This document shows, one piece after another, positions 25,440 to 39,930 of a DNA stretch of 64,000 nucleotides. The notes under the pieces are model-generated. The model was given only the letters and a program-made list of their open reading frames with translations. It was not told the origin of the DNA and did no database searches. Source of the stretch: Eledone cirrhosa (taxonomy: Eukaryota); NCBI GenBank assembly GCA_964016885.1, contig OZ024741.1, forward strand, positions 79,670,001 to 79,734,000, given 5' to 3'. Every line of letters starts with the position of its first letter. Position 1 is the stretch's first letter. The position numbers were made by a program, and so were the translations under genes.

Positions 25440-26575
25440 GTCAGCTCTGATGGAGAAAACTTATGGTTAAGCCATGATTACCCAATCTTTGTTTTCAAGA
25501 AGTCTGATCCAAGAACAGATTGTGTCACCCGCTTATTAAGTACTAGTGAAGGGTAGCGACCCGTTAGTGCGTCAGACAAGATGCCTTGAGTTTGAATTAA
25601 TTGGTGGCAGATTGAATTTGTTACCATATTCAGAACCACCACTAAGCCCTTGGTGGAATTCATTCTGCTGTAAACATTCAGGCAAAATCTCCGATTTGAA
25701 AATAACTTTTTTCTGTCCCTCTCCTCAACAGTACAACCAGAACTCTTCAATGTAAGCTGATCACCCTCAAACAAGACTTGAGAGCTGTCAGCGAGAAACG
25801 TCGATACCAGAAGAGGCTAGATGAAAGGAAAGTAATTAATAAAAGATTCAGATGAAACCAAACATCAGTCTATAGACATATGAAGGGCAAAGTAATAAAT
25901 GTCACTGAGGCCCCATCACAGAAAGACAGATTCCTTCTGGAGAAAAATATGGGGTGAAAAGAAGAATTTCAACTAAATGGCTGAAAGAAATGCAAAAGAA
26001 CTATTGTTCCTACAATATAACAAAAACATACAAAATAAAAGATGATACCCTTGAGACTGTAAAAGGAAAACTCCAAGATAAGAAAATACCAGCAAAGGCT
26101 TGATTGTCGGCTACCGGTACAAACAACTGATCTATTAGATGTATCTTATCGACCTCTACCAGTAAGGTCTCAAGGGAGATGCACATATACCAGAATGGCT
26201 GACATTAGCACAAACAATACTGGTCCCCAAGAACAAAGACACCCACTTGGCAAAAACCTACCGACCCATTGCATGCCAGAACGTGATGTATAAGATGTAT
26301 ACAGCCTGCCTGAACCTATTTCTCCAATATCACCGCGACAGTAATAACAGAATCACAGATAAGCAAGCAACTGGAAAGAAAGGTTTTTTGGGGTGGGGGT
26401 GGGGGTGTACTAAACAACTCCTAATCAACAAAACTGCTATGTCAGAGGTGCGACAACTTAGGAGGAATATGGCTACAATCTGGCTGGACTACAGGAAAGC
26501 ATTTGATTCTGCTCCCCATTCTTGGATGATAGAGGCCCCGACTTGCTAAAGTCCCAGACATTATTATCAGAGCCA
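25440..26575 (+). pseudogene. Internal fragment of an R4/Dong-type LINE RT
   Basis: YRPIACQNVMYK, GCTKQLLINK, IWLDYRKAFDSAPHSW in ORF 26247-26549. Confidence 0.75.
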
Positions 26576-26840
26576 TAGGGTGGTGGATTAGCAGTATCGA
26601 TCATGTATACATGTACACATGTACAGATACAAAGTATATGCACATGCACACATATAACTCAAAACATCCACATCCACACATACAATAACATCCATACCTG
26701 CACACACATGCATGGAGACATACAGACATATCTACCTAGTTGATTTGTAGATTCCAATGAGAGAGTCTTGTATCTATGTTAGAAACCGACTCTCTCTCTC
26801 TATTGGTAAAGATTTATAAAATTATAAAACCAGAAGAACG

Positions 26841-27305
<465 letters not shown>

Positions 27306-28379
27306 AAGTGTAAGTGCACACATATGAACGAGAACTTCACGTCTCTGAAAGATTATTAACAAATTATGTTGCTAGGTAATTAATTATGATATTGTATGTA
27401 TAATGAGTTAGTGAAGTACTGCACTCCATATATGAAACGATCTATCGGTGACGTATCTCAGAAAAATTAATTATTGCGATGATAAACAATTATATTAAAT
27501 TGAATTCACACATTCGCAAAAGAGCACGTATTTGTTTCATTCTTTTATTCTCTTATGATTTTAGTGGTTACAGTCTAGGGCCATTCTGGGGCACTACCTT
27601 CCAGAACATTTGTTAGTCTATTTTAATATAGTGAATGTGTGTTGAAATCCAGTTCTCTGAGCGATATTTACATTATCGACTGGGAAGCGATGGGAGGGGA
27701 GAATGATAAAGAGGAGGAGGACAACGATGAAGACAACAACGATATAAAGCAACCTCGTGTTTAGGGTTCGATGTGTTGAGGATATTAGGAAAGTCCCTTA
27801 TACAACTCTGACTAATTTTAGTATATTCACAGGAAATAATTAGTGTATTTTCCATACAATTTCAGTAAATTTTCAGTAAACTTAAGTAGATATTTTCAAT
27901 GAATCTTTCAAATGTTTTCAATAAAATTTCAGTATACTCTCAGTAATATGCTTTCAAAAGATTAACAGTGTCGTTCAATAAAATTTAAGTATTTTTTCAA
28001 ATAAAATTCCTGTATATTTTTTATAAAATTTGGATATAAATCAGGTTATTTTCTGAAAAATATCCAAACTCGAAATTTTTTTTTTAGTAATTCTAACTTT
28101 GGGATAAAATGCTTTGCTTTATTTATTTACATCCTAAAATAGCCGAGTCGTTGGTTTGTCTTTCATTCTTTACGGATCGATTCGATAAAATAATTACCAA
28201 TTAAATAGTGAAATCAAATTACATGATTGTTCCACTCGATATATATGTAACCTTGTGTTAACGTTATTAGGTTTGCCGTTGACAGACGTTTCTTCTTAGA
28301 GCTTGTCATGTTTCATTTAAAATAGTTTTTTCACTCATGTAAGTAAGATTTGTTGTTTATTATTTCAATATCAAGGAGA

Positions 28380-29088
28380 GAGGTGGTTTGGAAGAATCAT
28401 TAGAGTGTCGAACAAAATGCTTTCTAGCATTTACTTACTGCCCTTTAAATTTTATATTCAAATCTCACCGAAGTCAACGTTGCTTGTCATCCTTCCGACG
28501 TCGATAAGATAAAGAAACAGAAAAGAACTGGGTTCGATGTCATCAATTTCTCCGCCCAATAAATTGTTATCCTTGTGCCTGGCAGTGTCGGTAGAGGGTC
28601 GGACGCCATGCTTTGCAACATAGAGTTATGCCCCTTTACGGTCTGAGTTCAAATCCCGCCGAGGTTAACTTTGCTTTCATCCGTACGGGGTCCATAAAAT
28701 AAAGTACCAGTAATGCACTGGCATAATTGCTGGCCTTGTGCCAAATGTAGAAACAATTATTACTATATTTTGGCAGTATCAGTAGAGCGTCGGACAACAT
28801 GCTTTGTGGCATATAGTTTCGTCCCTTTATGTTCTGAGTTTAAATCCCACCCTTAAGGGGTCGATAAAATAAAGCACCAGTCACGCACTCGGGTCGATTT
28901 AATTGACTTTCCCCTCCCCCCAAATTGCTGGCCTTGTGCCTATACTCAGAACGGCCCTTGCCATTCTGAGTTCAAATCCCACCGAGGTTAACTTTGCCTT
29001 TCATCCTTACGGGGTTGATAAAATAAAGTACCAGTAATACACTGGATAATTGCTGGCCTTGTGCCAAAAGTAGAAACAATTATTACTA
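28380..29088 (+). mobile_element. Head-to-tail array of four Meta-SINE copies or fragments
   Basis: Repeated gagttcaaatccc...gataaaataaagtaccag...gccttgtgcc units starting at ~28380, 28580, 28771 and 28965. Confidence 0.85.
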
Positions 29089-29420
29089 TATTAAGGAAAA
29101 GGAAAATACCTTGTTATATGTCTTCTTTATATTTGTTTCTGTCGTCATAGCAACAATGAATTTTAACGGGATTACTGAGACAGACAATTATTTTAATTTA
29201 TCGTAGCTACCTTCATCGTTCTGTTGAAAAGAAAGACGATACATACGTTTTGAGTATTGCGTGCATACACATGAGGTTGGACTACTCTCAGTTCCTAGGA
29301 CGTGTGTTTTAGTTGTTTGGTCAACGGCATAGCTTGCTCGTGAAATTATCGTGTAAGTGGTTTAGCATTCCACAGACAGGTGTACCGTTAATGCAATTCT
29401 TAGGAAGATTTATCATGATG

Positions 29421-30337
29421 AAGTGTAAACATTTTCAGCTATTCCTTTGTATACAGACTAAAACAGAGATTACCTTGATGCGTTTTGGAGATTTTTGTCC
29501 CTTCATCAAATATAAGTGCCTTTAAATAACAGATAGAACTCATTTTATTCAGCTGAGTTGATTGGAGCAACGTTAAACTAAGTGTCTTGCCCAAGAACAA
29601 AACGCGCTAACGGAAAATTTAGCTTGCGACCTTACGTACACATGCGCAGAAGTAAAACAAAATACAAAAACAAAAAAAAAACAATAGGCATTACATACAA
29701 AGCACCGTAAGATCTTATGTAAGGAAATAATACATAAGGTAATGTATCCCTAGACACACTTTTAAATCTTCTAATATACGTTTTATTCTAGCACAAATAT
29801 TTATTACTTTATTACATCTGCAAAGGTATGCATGTTATGAAAACTAAACTGACTAATTCAGCTAAATTTTATATTTTGCTTGACATATGTTGTCGGATCT
29901 CCGTCATTTCCGACGATGAGTGCTCCAGTTGATTCAATCAACGGAACTACCTGAAATTAACGAGTAAGTGACTGAGCACTCCACAGACACGTGTGCACTC
30001 AACGTAGTTCTTAGAGAGATTCAGTGTGATATAATGCGTGACAAAACTGGCCCCTTGAACTACAGGTACAACTCATCTTTGCCAGTTGAGTGGACTAGAG
30101 CAACTTGAAATAAAACTTCTTGCTCAAGGACACAACAACATTACAATCGTAATCTGAACACTGTATCTACTATGCCACGTGCCTTCACACACATGTAGCG
30201 TTGCTATAGTATATTCTTCTGTATACAGAATCATAGTAGCACTTATCTTTGAAGATGGGACAAAAATCTCCGAAACGCATCAAGGTAATCTCTGTTTTCT
30301 TCTGTATACAAAGGAATAGCTGAAAATGTTTACACTG
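29421..30337. repeat. ~97-bp inverted pair (29421-29519 / 30239-30336), each with a hammerhead-like motif, around CORE-SINE sequence
   Basis: Plus copy: ttatct TTGAAGA t-GGGA-caaaaa-TCTC-c GAAA cgca TC aaggtaa. Confidence 0.6.
29905..30190 (-). mobile_element. CORE-type tRNA-derived SINE
   Basis: Minus: gtgtgaaggcacgtggcatagt...GTGTCCTTGAGCAAG (CORE)...agtccactcaactggcaaagatgagt. Confidence 0.7.
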
Positions 30338-30423
30338 CATTCTTTTCAATGATTACAACATGTTTTTATACTCATTGTATTTAGTGTTCATCACTTTGAT
30401 TTGTGAAACTTGTTCGATCACAT

Positions 30424-30739
30424 ATATATAGAGAATAAGAAAATGTGAAGTGGTTTCAGATGTTAAAGTCCTTTATTGATAAGGCTGTGATAGATATTTC
30501 AATGATGACAGTGGCCACACGATTCCGTCTACCCAGTGCCATGACATCATCTGACAGCTTCTTACATAATAACGTTACGTTCCTGAGGCAATCGGGATTG
30601 CCTCAGGAACGTAACCTTATTATGTAAGAAGCTGTCTGATGATGTCATGGCACTGTCATCATTGAAATAAGTATAACAGCCTTATCAATAAAGGACTTTA
30701 ACATCTGAGACTACTTCACATTTTCTTATTCTAAATATA
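30424..30739. repeat. ~315-bp near-perfect palindrome (centre 30594-30595)
   Basis: ...acgttcctgaggcaatc GG gattgcctcaggaacgt...; arms pair out to agaataagaaaatgtgaag / cttcacattttcttattct; left arm has 25 extra bp. Confidence 0.9.
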
Positions 30740-30755
30740 CTCCGTCATACCTATG

Positions 30756-30913
30756 CAGGGCCCTCTTAACAGCATTATAGGCCCCCGAGCAAAGCAGAGC
30801 ACTGGGGCCCCTACCTAAAAAACCACTCACAGGAATAAAAATACAAATGGGCCCCTATTCTCGTGGGGCCCCCGGGCAACTGCCCAGCGTGCCCATGCGT
30901 TAAGACGGCCCTG
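30756..30913. mobile_element. hAT MITE (158 bp) with perfect 8-bp TSD
   Basis: TIR CAGGGCCCTCTTAAC / GTTAAGACGGCCCTG; TSD tacctatg at 30748-30755 and 30914-30921. Confidence 0.9.
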
Positions 30914-30968
30914 TACCTATGTGGAAAAAGTACGTTGAGTTCTTGAATTGAATCAATGTTTACCATAA

Positions 30969-31017
<49 letters not shown>

Positions 31018-32180
31018 ATTCTAATTTTAATTTTATTCCAATTTTAATTTTAATTTTAATTTTAATTTTTTTAAATTCTTTAATTCTTTTTTCTTAATTC
31101 TTTATTTTTCTAATGACACCCTCTAAAGCTAATATTTAAATATAGATTAATAACCATTAACTGTTTTTAGTAAAATGTATCCTATTCAAGATGATGTTTA
31201 AATATTCATATTTCTTTAGACTAAATAATTAATCCCACACTACCGATTAATAATATAAAAAATCATAAACACTTTTTATACATAACTCCGTTAATTTAAT
31301 TTAAACCTTATCAATTGTAACTACCTATTTATTTACATAAAATCAACATCCCTAGTAACTTATATTAGGAACAACCACCTATATTTTTATTTATTTATTT
31401 ATAAATCAACATCCCTCGTAACTCATATTATAAACAAACTATCCTTTTAATAAAAAAAATACATATGCTATTATTAAAATATATATAGATATTTATATAT
31501 TATTATAATTGTTTCTACTATTGGCACAAGGCCAGCAATTACCCAGTACATTACTATATATTATTATAATAATAAAATAAATAATTCTCCATATAAATAT
31601 AGATAAATGTCTTAATATATTTCCCTAAATTAACGTTTAAGTGGTCTTCCTTTTCCTTCTTCTTAGCTTCCTTCTTCTTTAACAATTTTTGTTTGATAAT
31701 TTATATAGCTTCGTTAAATTAACAATATTCTGAAAACATTCTCAATGTTGAAAAAATTTTTGAATCCACAAATTATTCTAATCTCACAACTTATAAATTT
31801 CAACATCCTTCGTAACTCATATTTGTTTATATAAACAATCAATACATACGCAACTTATTAATATATATAGAGATATTTATATACATATAATCTATCCTAA
31901 TGTAATAAGATAAAAATACTTACAGCCATAAGTCTTCATATAATTTATATACAATATTATAACTCATAATATAGGTAACAAATTTTTTCATCCAAATTAA
32001 CGTTATTCCTCTCTCTTTCTCTTCCTTCCTTATCATAATTATTTAAATTTTCCATAGCGTCTTTCATACTCGTATTAATAATTTTAAATATCTGACTTTT
32101 CTTCTCTCTTCCCTTCACTTTCCAGGGATAACTGGAACCGTTAAGGTATATTATCCTTGGTCATGTATAAAACATTTTGT

Positions 32181-32240
32181 ATTTTATCTGATGATAGCGT
32201 ACCAAAATTTTTGGTACCCTTGAAATATATATAATAGAAT
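32181..32240 (+). ncRNA. Minimal type I hammerhead ribozyme
   Basis: attttat CTGATGA tagcGTACCAAA-att-TTTGGTACcctt GAAA TATATA TA atagaat. Confidence 0.7.
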
Positions 32241-32373
32241 AAATATGGTTTTATAAATATAGTTTCCATTTATTTAATATCATTGAATACTTACTCCATA
32301 AATCTGTCGAGTGTTCTGAATCAGTTATAAACATCTATATTTGTTGGATTTCCAACAAATTAAATATATTTTC

Positions 32374-32428
<55 letters not shown>

Positions 32429-33419
32429 GTGTGAGAGTGAGTGTGTATGAGTGCGTGTGTGTGTACCTGTGTAAATCTGAGCCTCGAGTTACGTCCACTT
32501 TACGCTGATAGGCGAAACTTAGGCACTCGTCAAATAACGATCGACAGAATAACTACCAGACTGAAATTGGTAATGGTATCTACGTAATCATCAAAAACCT
32601 TTGAAGACGATCCTCCAGCATGGCCAAAGTCCAATGACAGATACTAGTAAAAAAAATAAAAATAAAAGAATAAACAGCCTTAGTATTATAAAGGTCAAAT
32701 TTTATTATTACCAGTTTCTGTGCAGTCATTCATTCAACACAGCAAAACATTCAGGTATAGTCAGTCCTCTGAAGGTCAACCTGAGTTTTAAAAATAGTAT
32801 AAAATATCAAACAAAAGTACTTCCCTCTTGCCTTTTGAAGATGTAGCCAATAACATTTTTTTTAATTCTTGGATTCTATCGAAGCTTTAGTTTGCTAATG
32901 TTATAAGAAATAACAGAAGAAATATTCTACACATTGATCTCACAAGGAAATAAATGGACAGAGGTGGAGAAACACAATGAGAGAAAGGAATAGAGAGAGA
33001 AGGGGGAAGGAGGAAGAAAGAGAGAGGGGGCAGCAGGAGAGGAAGAGAGAGAGAGAGAGAGAGAGAAATAAAACAAGTGTGAAGAAAATGAAATGAGAAA
33101 GGATATAGAAACAAGTACATCCAAGACAACAAACTCTACAGAACTGTGGCTCATCTGATGAAAATAACAGCTAAAATACCCTAAACTGAAGCTCCACTGT
33201 CTTAGAAAATATACAGTACACTCGAAAATTTAGTCTTAGACATGTATGTCGGGTCACGTAACTCCTGATAGAATCGTAGGGGCGCCGTATTGACATACGA
33301 CATGTCTTGGGAATTTTAAGCCTGGCGGAGCCCATCCCTCTTCAGGCCTGAGTACAGCCGATTTCTTCCAGAGAAAGATAGAAAGTGAGAGAGAGGAAAT
33401 GAGAAAGAGATATAGAGGA

Positions 33420-36400
33420 AGAATCGTCCTCAGTACTAGACTGGTACTTTTCTTTCGACCTCGAAAGGATGAAAGGCAAAGTTGACCTCGGTGGGATTTG
33501 AACTCAGAGAGCAGAGAGCCGGTACGAATACCATAAAGCATTCTATCCAACGTTCTAACGACTCTGCCAGTTCGCCACCTATAGTTTTAAACATACACAA
33601 GAATAAAACGGTCAAAGCTGGAACGTCTTTGCTCGATCAGTGCTGACCTGAGGTTAAACAATTACTCTAACAATTGGCCAAGAATTGACTTCAACAGATG
33701 CAGGGAATTAGAGTATCAGCAGTAACCAGGTCGTAAGTGTATGATAAAATACTTTGATACCTAATAACTTGTTATTGTAGTTTACCAAACTTGTTGGAAC
33801 GACCGAAAAAAACGTTTTGCGATATTTGTTCCAGCTCTTTACATTCTAAGTTCCAATCTTCCCGAGGTCAACGTTGCTTTTCATCCTTCCGTGATTGATA
33901 AAATAAAGTAGCAGTCAAGTACTGGGGTCAATGTAATCCCCCCCCCCCCCCACATACACACACATAAATTGCTGGCCTTGTGCCTAAATCAGAAGCAATT
34001 ATAATTATTATTTATGGTAAGACGAAGTTAGAACACCGATTCATATGCTTCGCAATATTCGTCCCGGCGCTCGAAGTTCAAATATCTGTAAGGTCAACTT
34101 TGGCTCTCATCATTTAGAGGTGTAAGTGAATCAGGTGGATGAAACAAAAGGCGTTGCATTCCTTTACATTTCGAGTTCAAACCCGACCGGATGTGACTTT
34201 GTATTCCATTTGTCTCAGGTCGATAAAATATAAGCAGCACCGATATTAATTTAATTTACTGCGTCTCCTCTAAATCAAAGATAGAAATTTAGTATAGCTA
34301 AATGATAGACTGTTTGTTTCTTTTTTTACTGCAATTTGTAAATCTATTTTAAAAGAGTATTGATATATAAATTTAGAATTCAAGATATACGTGGTGCATC
34401 TCAATATCCGTATAGCTGTTAAAGGTTTTTATAAATTATCATTATATAATTTATATTTTATTACATATTTAATTTGTACAATGATGTATGTTTTATCATT
34501 ATTTTATGGGCTTCGGTGGTGGATTGGCAGAATCAGTAGAGCGTCGGACAACATGCTTTGCGCCAGAGAGTTATGGTCTATCACGTTCTAAGTTCAAATC
34601 CTGCCGAGGTTAGTTTTGCCTTTCATCCCTACGGATTTAATCGACTTTCATGTTTCCCAAAAATTGTTGGCCCTGTGCTTAAATCAGAAACCATTATCAT
34701 TTCATGGGCTTCGTTTTCCTCCGGGTATATTCTTTCTTAATGTAATCTTTTCTCCGTTGTAATTCTTATCATTTACTCCTTCTTTATGATTTACTACTTC
34801 TTTTTCCCATGAAATCTTTTACATATAAATATAATAATATTATTGTATATTATTTTATCGACCCCGTAAGGATGAAAAGCAAAGCTAATTTCTGCGCGAC
34901 TTGAACTCAGAACGTAACAAGTCGTAACTAAATACCGCAAAGCATGTCCGACGCTTTACCGATACTGCCAATCCACCGCCATGTGACTACTGACATAATA
35001 ATTGTTTCTACTTTTGGCACAAGGCCAGCAATTAATCCAGTGCATTACTGGTACTTTATTTTATCTACCCTGTAAGGATAAAAGGCAAATTGAACTCATA
35101 ATAATGGTTTCTAATTTGGGGACAAGACCACCATTTATGAGGGGAGGGGAAGTCGATTAAATTTACCTACTGTACTTGACTGGTACTTTATATATATATA
35201 TATAAGGAAAAGAAATTGAAAATGCAACTGGAGTGTTTTAAGAATATTTATTTATTTACTTTACCAGTTTCACAGTTCTTATGATTTTCAAAAGTAAAAT
35301 TGAGATGGAGGGTTTGTGTTTCTGTTGTGGTTTGTCTTGCATCTAAACTCAAGACCTAAAGAGCCATAAATAAACGTCACAAAGCAGTTTCTAACGATTT
35401 GGTCAATATGATGTTTTCTAATTTAGGCACAAGGTCAGCATCTTTTTAGTGGAGGTGGGGTGATTAAATCGACCCCAGTACTTGACTAGTACTTTGTTTC
35501 ATTGACCACGGGAAGACAACATAAGCGGGATTTGCAACATAAGCGACATAGCAATACACCAAACTAATGTAATATTGTGTAGAAATTAGTTGTAAAGCAA
35601 AGGAACTACACTGCATTAACTGTTGTATGTGTCTACCATCCTATTTGTAGTTGTTACAAATGAAATGATACACAAACAGTCCCTTCTGTAAATACATTGG
35701 CAGTTTGCCTATTAGGATAGGCACGTACAAGAAAATATCAACATAATGTTATGTAAATATTGTTAGGGCACCCTCACACATTTGTTAACCTTGAACATTG
35801 TTATATATGTTTTCGAAAGTGTGTAATTCTTTTCGAAGGAAGGTAACTTTAGACGTTTTTCTTGAACTATGTATAATAATGGGTTCTGGTTTAGGCACAA
35901 GGCCAACAATTTTTTTTAAGGAGGTGGGGTGGTGGAATTCGATTAAATCGACCTCAGCATTTGATTGACTCTTTAATCTATCGATCCTAAAAGGATGAAA
36001 AGCAAAGTTGAACTCGGTGGTATTTGAACTCAGACCCTAAAGAACCGGAACGAACAATACTGATGCTCCAACTACTGTGCCAACCCACCTCCCTTTTATT
36101 AAGCTTAATAACGATTTATAATTTAAGGACAAGGCCAGAAATTTATGGGGAGCCAAAAATTGATAATACTATTAACTAGCTGGACTCGTGGATATTTCAC
36201 AGTTACGGCCAACTAAAATATTAATTACCTTCACAGATATTTGTACAGCCACACGTAATTTTGTTGAAATAATGTATCATATGTGGATAGACAGGGGAAA
36301 ATGGAATTATTTTATTTTGCCTCGACTTCTAATAATTAATGGTTTCTACTTTAAGTACTTTTAGGAGGGGAAAGTCGATTAAATCAACCCCAGTGCATTA

Positions 36401-37820
36401 CTGGTGTTTATCCCGTAAGGATGAAAGACGAACTAAGCTCGGCGGGATTTGAACTCAGAACGTAAAGGGTCGTCACTATATGCTGCGAAGCATAGTGTCT
36501 GACGCTCTACCGATACTACCAATCCACCACCCTCGACTTGTAATAATTAATCGTTTCTTATATAGGCACAATGCCAGCAGTTTTGCGGGAGGGAAAAATC
36601 GATTAAATCGACCCGAGTGTGTGACTGGTACTTTATTTTATCGACCCGGTAAGGATGAAAAACAAAGTTAACCTCTGCGGGTTTTGAACTCAGATCATAA
36701 AGGGCCGTCACTATATGCCACAAAGCATGGCGTCCGATGCTCTACCGATACTTCCAATCCACCACCCTCGACTTCTAATAATTAATAATATCAAAACCCT
36801 TACACTGTTATAACAGTATATTTATTACATCATTGTATCATTTGAATCCTTATACCATTAATTATTATTATCCTAATTTAAACCATTAATTTAATATTTC
36901 TTTTCATACAATGATGTTAGTGATAGTTTTACTCCTTGTTTTCCTTTGTATTCCAGAGAATGCAACATATAACTCTTCGTTTCTTCTTCTTCTTCTTCTT
37001 CTTCTTCTTCTTCTTCTTGGCCCACATAGTCCTGAGAGGGTCGTGAAGGAAGAGTCCACAAACACTCCTTCCAGTGGGTCCTGTCAGAAGAAACCATCAC
37101 CAATTGATCCGGCTAGATCTCCAAGCGAGACCATCCGAGTTCATGAATGTTATCTAACCATCTTGCCCGGAGTCTACCCTAGGGTCTCCTGTCGGTTGGT
37201 TTTTGCCCGTAAAATCTGTTTATCTCGATCTCGATCTCGATCGCTTTTCTGTCTCTCTTACATCTTACTTCTTCATCCAACTGCATAAGATATTGTTAGT
37301 AAATAACATTCCTTTTCCTCTGTCTTAAACCATTACCCCTTTCCTCTTTCTCTCCCTCTCTCTTTCTCCTTCAATATCTCTACCTCCTACGACGTAACAT
37401 GCGTACCTTCATAACCAGACTAATATAGATGGTTTCTAATTTAGGCAGCGGGCCAGAGATTTGGATGGAGCAGAATGTAGATTATATCGACTCCAGTACT
37501 TGACACTATATTTTATCGATCTCGGAAGGATGGAAGTCAAAGTCGACCTCAGCGGCATTTGAATTCAGTGTTAAGAGCTATAATTCAATACCGCAAGGCA
37601 TTTTGTCTGACGCTCTAGGATTTTGCTAACTCACTGCTCTTTTTTTTAATTTCTCATATACGCAGAAGGCCAGACATTTGGCGGGAGAGAAAATGTCGAA
37701 TTCTTTAACAATTTTGTTAATCCACCACTCTTACTAATGCTTTTGATCTCGGTGAAATTTACACTCAGAGCGTAAAGAGCTGGAAAAATACCGCATGGTA
37801 TTATGTCCGACGCTCTGATC
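33420..37820. mobile_element. Dense field of old and younger Meta-SINE copies (e.g. 33420-33580 -, 33790-34000 +, 34517-34700 +, 34850-35100 -, 35880-36090 -, 36335-36766 -, 37430-37640 -)
   Basis: Recurrent tttgaactcag / gagttcaaa B-box and atcgacccc..aaggatgaaag Meta motif; boundaries approximate. Confidence 0.75.
36980..37230 (-). mobile_element. 3' end of an RTE-like LINE with (GAA)n tail
   Basis: Minus: ..GRPRG/DRTHWK-like coding end, then ggactatgtgggcc(aag)n. Confidence 0.5.
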
Positions 37821-38149
37821 ATTTTACTATGATTTTACAATGAAATGTTTGCCAATAAGTTAAGAACAGGAATTGTAACTTTAAAACAATCAATATCGTT
37901 GAATTCCATCAGCTATAAACAAGAGACCATTTCTATAAATTATTTAGGAAACGACGCTAGAAGCTACCAAGACAGCAAAACTACTAAAAGTGGATCTATA
38001 AAATTAGGAATCAATTGCCAACAGAGCTTATCAAAGATAACAAAGCAATTCAGGAGTAATTTGGGTAATGTTAACATTTTATTTTTCTAATCTGTTGTTT
38101 ATTTTCATCTTCTTTAGTCAAGAAGGTAACAACAATGCTCATGAACTTT

Positions 38150-39930
38150 TTCAGAGTATTCAGATTCATGGTGGTGGTGGCGGTGGAGGATAATTTCATA
38201 CAAGAGACTTGATCTGATTACATCAGATCAAGACGAAAATAATATCTATAATACCAAATATTAAATTCAATAGACTGGACTCCTGTAAAACCACTCAATG
38301 GTCAGCGTTTCCAGTTGTCAATCATTTGGAACATACAACTTAAAACCGTCTGTATACAAGAGGTTGATGGTGTTAATATAGCATCTGTATATGCGTAATC
38401 TGTTTAACATGTCGGTTAAATATGTCAGTGCTAGACAGAAGAAAAGCGGACGAAGGTAGTCTCTTTGGAATATTCCTCTTCTAGTTGAGATTGGTTTAAT
38501 CTTAATAGTTCCCTCTTCTATCTGTATCTGCAAAATTGTTCGCCATTTTGTTTCATATACTTTCATATTACTTGTGTTTCTTACTCATGGTTAGTGTTTC
38601 TAGGATCCTCGTATGGGGACTACTGTCAAAAGCTCTCTTGTAATCAGCCCATGATAATCTAAGATTGTTTTCTCTTTGTGAAGTTTTCGGTTATGGCTTT
38701 GCAGCAATGTTTATGTTCCGAAAAAAACAAATTTTTTTTCCAGATGCCTATTCAATCCCTGCAATATCGCGTTTAAAGTTTTGTAGACTATAGGAAGACA
38801 GGTTATGAGCTTGTAGTTTGAAGTTTGCTGTATCTTTTGTCTAGGGTGTTAAGATGGTTTTTCCTTTTAGTGAGCCAGTCAGGTGTTGTTTTTGCTCCAT
38901 TATGCTGTTGTTTCCTTATGGTTTCTTGTCAAATATTTAACCAGAAGTTTTGGATGCTATTATGCTATGATGCCTTTTTGTTGTTTGTTTGTTTGTTTTT
39001 TTGCAGTATGTGGGTTGCTTTTCTGTTGTTATGGATTTCTCCAATAGTTCAAAAGCTGTGTTGGTTGTTTTGTCTAATCTTTCAGTAAGGATTCATTTTA
39101 TGCCCATACCCCACCTCCCCAAGAATTCCTCTTCTTTTGTTGCTGTTGGTGCTGCATCGATTTTTATTTCATTTTTACCAAGTTCTTTGAAAAATTGTTT
39201 TGAGTTGGAGTCAAATTGTTTTGTTCAAAGAAGCGTTGGTGTTTTTCACGCCGACAGATTCTTTGTACTTTAGCGAGCATCATTATTTGGTTTCAAGTAT
39301 TCCTTTTTTGTGTGATGTATTTTTGTAGTGTTTGTATCTATTCCCATTTTCTAAGTTTTGTTCTTTTGTTACTAATTTCATTTTGGGATTGAAAGGTCTT
39401 TTCATCTTTTTTTTAATGTTTGTTTTCCATTGTCTTTGTTTAATTAAATTTATGATGACCAAGCTTTTATTGTTGTTATAATATTCTATCATTGGGAGGT
39501 ACTTTTACTTATCCATAACAAGATCTGTTTGTAATTATTGGATTATTTCCACCTTTATACTATCATGGTCATGATATCATGTACTCCATGTTTCTTATTC
39601 TCAAATCCTTCTCCTATTCCCTTTCATTTGTGTTTTGGATTTTTGTTATCCTGGTTCAGGTTTCGTTGGTCAATATTCAGTAGGTGTTCTAGAGTCTGTT
39701 TTGGTATTGAATTTATTCATTTCGCATTTGATTGTTTTATCTTCGTGATTTACATTTTCAATATTATTATATTTGTTAATTTGTTTGTGTCTGTTACTTT
39801 TCTTCGTGATGTACTGATTCTTTTAAATATTCCATGTAAATTTCTTGTATTTTTTCAATAAGTTAGCGAATCAGTTGGGGTCGAGCTTTACATATAAATG
39901 TGGGTTAATTTCCTTCCAAATTTCATAAGA
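38150..39930 (-). pseudogene. Heavily decayed R4/Dong-type LINE
   Basis: RRGIFQRDYLRPLFFCLAL and INLLYTDGFKLY in ORF 38318-38566; W.DYKRAFDS.P read from DNA near 38650. Confidence 0.75.

Noticed and set aside
29141-29154. RFX X-box-like GTCGTCATAGCAAC promoter site
   Set aside because: Single short motif with no linked exon or other promoter evidence.
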